Source of the DNA: an uncultured Gemmatimonadales bacterium
GTDB lineage: Bacteria; Gemmatimonadota; Gemmatimonadetes; Gemmatimonadales; GWC2-71-9
DNA: 64,000 nucleotides
Assembly: GCA_963828735.1 (NCBI GenBank)
Contig: CAWHFW010000005.1
Coordinates: 2,464,001-2,528,000, forward strand
Direction: 5' to 3'
Shown: positions 59,063-64,000 of the stretch, one piece after another
Layout of the letters: the number at the start of each line of letters is the position of its first letter
How positions within the stretch are numbered: the stretch's first letter is position 1
Program-made: the position numbers and the translations under genes
The notes under the pieces: model-generated
Database searches by the model: none
What the model saw: the letters and a program-made list of their open reading frames with translations, nothing else
Told to the model about the DNA's origin: nothing

Positions 59063-59284
59063 GACCCTCTCGAAGTTGAGCTTTCCTTACGAGCTTGAAG
59101 CCCCCTTTCGACGCTTGCCAGTGCACCTTGGTTGATGTTTGAGTGGCTCCGTTTGAATGGCCCGCGCCAGGGTACTCCGTGGTTCTAAGATGGACTGCGG
59201 GTGGACAGGGAAGTTCGAGCGACTGAGTGGGAGATGCCCAGGTGACAAGCCTGGGCATCTCTTTCACCTGTCGGCCTCAGGCGT

Positions 59285-59336
59285 GAGCCCAGGAGGTCGA
59301 CTCGAAGGCTCGGTGGCGCTCACCGATGTCGGGCCC
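59285..59336 (+). repeat. degenerate partial junction
   Basis: GAGCCCAGGAGG then ACTCGAAGG...TGTCGGGCC, like the 28939-28978 terminator. Confidence 0.6.
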
Positions 59337-59385
59337 TCTGGTCTTCACGCCAGCCGCTGAAGTCCTGATGCTGCGGCGGCACCAT

Positions 59386-60594
59386 CTAGCGCAGCGACCG
59401 GAGCCCGACGCGAATTTCTTCCGAAAGCAGTTTGGGCTGCTCCCACGCCGCGAAATGTCCGCCTTTGTCGAGCTTGTTGTAATGGATGAGCTTGGGGTAC
59501 GCCAGTTCGGTCCAACTCCGCGGAGCTGGATAGAGCTCGTCTGGAAAGACGCTCACGGCAACCGGGATGGAGACGCCTTTGGCATTGAAATACCCTTTGC
59601 CAAAATACTCCCAATAGAGACGGGCACCGGAGAGCGCCGTGTTCGTCAACCAGGTGATCGTGATGTTGTCGAGGATGTCGTCGCGCGTGAGGCCCTCCGG
59701 CTGTCCGTCAAAGACGCGCGCGATGAGCTCATAGCTGCGGGCGTCGTGATCAAGGAAATACGCCGCCAGGCCGACCGGTGAGTCCGCGATTCCGTATAAT
59801 GTTTGCGGTCGCAGACCCATCTGGAACCCGTAGGCGATTCCCTTTTGGTAAACGAACTGCAGACGGTCGTAGGCGAGCTTCTCGTCGGCTGAGAGCCCCG
59901 ATGGCGCCGGGGCGCCGGAAAAGGCCGCCCCATCAATGTCGGCTGGAAAGATGCCGGGCATGTTGCTGTGAATGCCGAGCAACTCCGGAGGCGCCTGCAA
60001 GCCCATCAGGTCCGTGATGACCGCTCCCCAATCGCCGCCTTGCGCCACAAATCTCGTGTAGCCGAGGCGCGTCATCAGCTCGACCCAGGCACGCGCGATG
60101 TGAGGGGGATCCCAGCCGGTGGTGGTCGGCTTGCCGGAATACCCGTAGCCCGGTATTGAGGGGATCACCAGGTGAAAAGCATCCGACGCGCTCGCCCCAT
60201 GTGCCGTGGGATTGGTCAATGGATCGATAATCTTTAACTGCTCGACGATCGATCCGGGCCATCCGTGTGTGACGATGAGCGGCAACGCATTCTCATGCTT
60301 CGAACGCACGTGAATGAAATGAATGTCCAGGCCATCGATCGTCGTGATGAAGTGCGGGAGGGCCTTGAGTCTCGCCTCGCACTTGCGCCAATCGTATTCC
60401 TTCGCCCAGTAGCGAGCGAGGGCCTGAATCGTCGCGAGCTGTACGCCCTGGGACTGATCTGCGACGGTCTCCTTTTCGGGCCAGCGCGTGGCCGCGATGC
60501 GCGCGCGCAACGCTTCCAGTTCCGCGTCGGGGGTCTCGATCTTGAACGGTCGGATCGCTATGGCAGCCGGTGGCTTTGCAGTCGCGACAGACAT
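59386..60594 (-). CDS. epoxide hydrolase
   Basis: THGWPGS, QGGDWG, GGHFAAWEQP. Confidence 0.95.
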   Translation of the reverse strand: MSVATAKPPAAIAIRPFKIETPDAELEALRARIAATRWPEKETVADQSQGVQLATIQALARYWAKEYDWRKCEARLKALPHFITTIDGLDIHFIHVRSKHENALPLIVTHGWPGSIVEQLKIIDPLTNPTAHGASASDAFHLVIPSIPGYGYSGKPTTTGWDPPHIARAWVELMTRLGYTRFVAQGGDWGAVITDLMGLQAPPELLGIHSNMPGIFPADIDGAAFSGAPAPSGLSADEKLAYDRLQFVYQKGIAYGFQMGLRPQTLYGIADSPVGLAAYFLDHDARSYELIARVFDGQPEGLTRDDILDNITITWLTNTALSGARLYWEYFGKGYFNAKGVSIPVAVSVFPDELYPAPRSWTELAYPKLIHYNKLDKGGHFAAWEQPKLLSEEIRVGLRSLR

Positions 60595-61062
60595 GGGGTT
60601 CCTTTCTCCGGGGGTGACGGCACCACTGTTCTCGTCTACACGTCGCGCCCGTCGAAGGTCCTGGGTGGCAAAAAGGAAGACCGCCGAGCTGACCTTCACG
60701 TAGCTCGGCGGTCTTGGGGCCTTCGTGACGGTCTAAGACTTCGGCGTCGCGAGGGAGGCGAGGACCCGTGGCTTTGCGACCCCGGCTTTAGCCGGGTGTG
60801 CATGGATCGTTTAGTAAGCAGATCGAACGTAGGCTTGGGGATCGGAGCGGTCAATGGCGGTAAGGCTGCCCATCTGTAACGCACTCGTATCCGAACTGCT
60901 CCGGCGGCGATGGCGATGATGATGTGCCTGGATCTGGTTTCCCCGCGTCATCGCCATCGCGCTGGACGAGTATCTCTCCCGGCCGGCTGTCGGCGCTCGA
61001 ATTGTGATCTGACCCTGCTCGCTCCGCAGCGCGTCCCCTGACCGCCCTGAGCCCCGACCCCT

Positions 61063-62733
61063 ATGTCCTCAGCCCCCAATCTCAATCATCCCACGGCGTC
61101 CCAGCATCGTGCCGTACTCGAGCGGGGACTCGATACTTCCAGTGGACTGGACTTCGTGAGCAAGCGTCTGGCGCTGCAGGGCAAGACGCTCTTCCTCGTG
61201 TCGTTCGGGTTCTACCTCTTCCTTCTCGCCAACATGGTGCTGGTCGGCGGCGCCCCGTTCGTTGCCGTGGTGCGGGGACCGGTCGCGCTCGGCCACCTCT
61301 GTGCCAGCTGGACGATGGGCCTGCTCTGGCTGCTGGCCAGCCGGCCCCGGCTCACGCGGCAGAGGCTGGGCGCTCTCGATGCCATCAGCATCGTCGCGGG
61401 CGGCGGGTTCCTGTCCCTCATGACGCTGCAGGACGAGGGGCAGATCCTTCAGACCCTGTTGGCCCTGATGGTCACCGTGATGGTCCGCGCGATCCTGGTG
61501 CCCTCCAGGCCCAGCCGGACGATGGTGCTCTCGGCCATCGCCTTCGTCCCCACCGTGGTCGTCTGCATTGTGCGCCATCACCCGACGCAGCTCCTGCCCG
61601 GATTCTCCCCGGGGTTTCAGAAGCTGCACATGACCTTGAACACCGTGCTCTGGAGCGTCCTGGGCACCACGCTGGCCACGATTGTCTCACGGGTCATCTA
61701 CGGACTGCGGCAGCAGGTCGCCGAAGCGAATGAGCTGGGACAGTACATCCTGGAGGAGCCGATCGGTGGCGGAGGTATGGGCGAGGTCTGGCGCGCCCGG
61801 CACCGCCTGCTGATCCGCCCGGCGGCGATCAAGCTCATCCGCCCGCAGGCACTGGGAGCGCTGGCCGGCGATTCCGAGCTGCTCATGCGGCGCTTCGAGC
61901 GCGAAGCGCGCGCCACCGCCGCGCTCAAGTCCCCGCATACCGTCCAGCTCTACGACTTCGGCGCCACCGAGGACGGCCGGTTGTACTACGTCATGGAGCT
62001 GCTCGACGGCCTCGATCTCGACACCCTGATCAGGCAGCACGGGCCGCTGCCTGCGGAGCGGGTCATCCACATCCTCCGCCAGGTCTGCTCCTCGCTCCAG
62101 GACGCGCATGGGAACGGCCTGGTGCACCGCGACATCAAGCCGGCGAACGTGGTCGTGAGTCGCGCGGGCACCACTTTCGATTTCGCCAAAGTGCTCGACT
62201 TCGGGCTGGTCAAGCTCGATACCGCGCGGCGGGCCGAGGACGATGCGGTCGCAAAGCTCAGCACCGAGGGCAGCACCAGCGGCACCCCGGCGTTCATGGC
62301 GCCGGAGGTCGTGCTCGGCGACGCCGTCACCGATCACCGGGTTGACCTGTACGCCCTGGGCTGCGTCGCGTACTGGCTGCTCACCGGCAAGATGGTCTTC
62401 GAGGGAGAGAACGCCATCCAGGTGATGCTCCATCACGCGCACACCGCGCCGCCGCGGCCGTCGCTCCGGGTGGAGTGGCCCATCCCGGCTCCGCTCGAGG
62501 ACCTGATCATGGGATGCCTGGAGAAGGACCCGGCTCGCCGACCGCCCAGCGCGGAGGCTGTGAGCACACGGCTCGACGCTGTCCCCCTGGCATCGGCCTG
62601 GACGGCCGAGCGAGCGGAGCACTGGTGGGCAACGCACCGGCCCCCGTCGCCGGACGCGCGCCCTGTGGCGGATGTTCTTCTGTCGCAAGAGGGCCGCGAG
62701 CTGCGCATCGGTCCCAGGGTGCGGCCCCGTTAA
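61063..62733 (+). CDS. Ser/Thr protein kinase with N-terminal membrane domain
   Basis: Several TM helices then GGGGMGEV, HRDIKPAN, DFG, GTPAFMAPE. Confidence 0.93.
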   Translation: MSSAPNLNHPTASQHRAVLERGLDTSSGLDFVSKRLALQGKTLFLVSFGFYLFLLANMVLVGGAPFVAVVRGPVALGHLCASWTMGLLWLLASRPRLTRQRLGALDAISIVAGGGFLSLMTLQDEGQILQTLLALMVTVMVRAILVPSRPSRTMVLSAIAFVPTVVVCIVRHHPTQLLPGFSPGFQKLHMTLNTVLWSVLGTTLATIVSRVIYGLRQQVAEANELGQYILEEPIGGGGMGEVWRARHRLLIRPAAIKLIRPQALGALAGDSELLMRRFEREARATAALKSPHTVQLYDFGATEDGRLYYVMELLDGLDLDTLIRQHGPLPAERVIHILRQVCSSLQDAHGNGLVHRDIKPANVVVSRAGTTFDFAKVLDFGLVKLDTARRAEDDAVAKLSTEGSTSGTPAFMAPEVVLGDAVTDHRVDLYALGCVAYWLLTGKMVFEGENAIQVMLHHAHTAPPRPSLRVEWPIPAPLEDLIMGCLEKDPARRPPSAEAVSTRLDAVPLASAWTAERAEHWWATHRPPSPDARPVADVLLSQEGRELRIGPRVRPR

Positions 62734-62735
62734 GG

Positions 62736-63134
62736 CTACTTCAGGGTGTAGAGATAGGTGGCGATGTCCCGTGCCTTGCCGTAGGAGACGCCGAGATTGG
62801 GCATGGCGGTTCCGGGCTCGATCGACTGGGGCACCGCGATCCACTGGGTGAGGAAGTCGGGATTGTTGGGCACCTGGCCGGCGATGTACGCGCGCTTGGC
62901 AAAGTGAGTCAGTGGCGGGCCAACCAATCCGGTCGCCTGCCCCACCCCGGGAATGACATGACACGAGCCGCACCCATACGCGACGATCTGCTGCTTCCCA
63001 CGTTCCGCGCTTTCCCGGATTGCCGAGGCCCCGGGTTGTGGTTTCTGGCAGGCGACGAGGGGCGCGATCAGGACAGCTGTCGCCCGCGCGAGGGAGACGA
63101 GCCGTCCGCGACTCCATGGATCATCGCGGCGCAT
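62736..63134 (-). CDS. c-type cytochrome
   Basis: CGSCH...GPPL...PGTAMP. Confidence 0.88.
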   Translation of the reverse strand: MRRDDPWSRGRLVSLARATAVLIAPLVACQKPQPGASAIRESAERGKQQIVAYGCGSCHVIPGVGQATGLVGPPLTHFAKRAYIAGQVPNNPDFLTQWIAVPQSIEPGTAMPNLGVSYGKARDIATYLYTLK

Positions 63135-63672
63135 CGTCGGCTCCCGGGGGAAGGTCGGCGGCTGTTCCGGTCAGCGCCGCAGCCGGAACCAGATCGACGT
63201 GGGTTCGATGGCCACCCGGCCAAGGCTCGCCTTGCACCTGGCTGATGACCCAGACGTACGCTGCCGCTGCCAGGCACTCGTCGGTGCTGAGATCCGACTT
63301 TCCTCCCCGGGCCGGCATGGCGATGGCCGAGCGCGTAATACGCTCGGGGATGCCGTAGACGATGATGGAATCGATCGCCTCGACATCGCTGGGCACGAAA
63401 TTCACGGCCAGGGTGAGTGCGGAGCCGGCATCGGGGAGGCCCTCAGCGTCCGCGCCGTGGCAGGCAAAGCAATGTCCCTTCCCGTGAAACACGCTGTCGC
63501 CGGCGCGCACGAGATCGAGCGTGACCCCGTGCGGCAGGGGAGGCACCTTGGTCGGCTGTCCATCCTCGTTGGTCCTGCTGAGCAAGAGCTCGAGCGAGTC
63601 GGGGCCCTGGGCCGCCGCGCCGACCGGCAGGCCAAGCGACAGGATCCACCCCGCGACAATGGCGCGCCTCAC
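63121..63672 (-). CDS. c-type cytochrome
   Basis: CFACH...AMPARGG; GTG start overlapping the upstream stop. Confidence 0.8.
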   Translation of the reverse strand: MRRAIVAGWILSLGLPVGAAAQGPDSLELLLSRTNEDGQPTKVPPLPHGVTLDLVRAGDSVFHGKGHCFACHGADAEGLPDAGSALTLAVNFVPSDVEAIDSIIVYGIPERITRSAIAMPARGGKSDLSTDECLAAAAYVWVISQVQGEPWPGGHRTHVDLVPAAALTGTAADLPPGADDAPR

Positions 63673-64000
63673 GGTTCGGCCTGCGCTGCTTGTTTCCGGG
63701 CACCCAAGGTCGTGAGCGCGAAGGCCAACACCTGGTCGCCGCGGGGCGCATTGATCTGATAGTTCCCGCCCGCTGCCACTGCCACGTATTGCTGTCCATC
63801 CACGGCATAGGAGATCGGCGGCGCGTTGACCCCGGCCGCCGCCCGGTAACTCCACAGTTCGCGGCCGCTCTTCGCGTCAAAGGCGACGAATCGCTGGTCC
63901 TTGGTTCCGGTGAAGACCACTCCGCCGGCGGTGGCGAGCGCCCCGCCGATCATTGGATCCTCGATTCGCTTCTGCCAGGCGATTCTTCCAGTGCTCAGCT
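63669..64000 (-). CDS. PQQ-dependent dehydrogenase / PQQ-repeat protein, C-terminal part (runs off the window)
   Basis: LATAGGVVFTG...AFDAKSGRELW...PISYAVDGQQYVAVAAGG. Confidence 0.88.
   Translation of the reverse strand, partial: LSTGRIAWQKRIEDPMIGGALATAGGVVFTGTKDQRFVAFDAKSGRELWSYRAAAGVNAPPISYAVDGQQYVAVAAGGNYQINAPRGDQVLAFALTTLGARKQAAQAEP

Noticed and set aside
855..59336. CRISPR array
   Set aside because: Repeats are ~200-300 bp and separated by kilobases of genes; no cas genes.
855..59336. Classical integron with attC sites
   Set aside because: No RYYYAAC...GTTRRRY attC pattern recognised and no IntI; modules are multi-gene with mixed orientation; repeats contain a tRNA half.

Overview
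High-GC bacterial DNA, probably Gemmatimonadota (inferred from the style of five Hanks-type Ser/Thr kinases). It holds about 50 accessory genes and several gene fragments, with no core housekeeping operon. The organising feature is a family of 23 full or partial junction repeats, all in the same orientation. A full copy (~200-300 bp) has a conserved ~130-bp left arm, the 3' half of a tRNA-Gln(CTG) from anticodon loop to acceptor stem, a terminator-like hairpin, and often short tandem arm-type motifs. Fifteen copies keep the anticodon-loop core, 1.2-7.3 kb apart, dividing the window into cargo modules. No intact integrase is present, but five (perhaps six) C-terminal tyrosine-recombinase remnants lie just downstream of junctions. 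Nine junctions carry a 21- or 42-45-nt hairpin insertion in the tRNA T-loop, and the insertion type tracks position along the array. The best reading (inference) is a large tandem array of non-autonomous, tRNA-att-bounded cassettes that works like an integron but uses phage/island-type att sites. Scattered frameshifts suggest long-read errors, so the array needs read-level validation.
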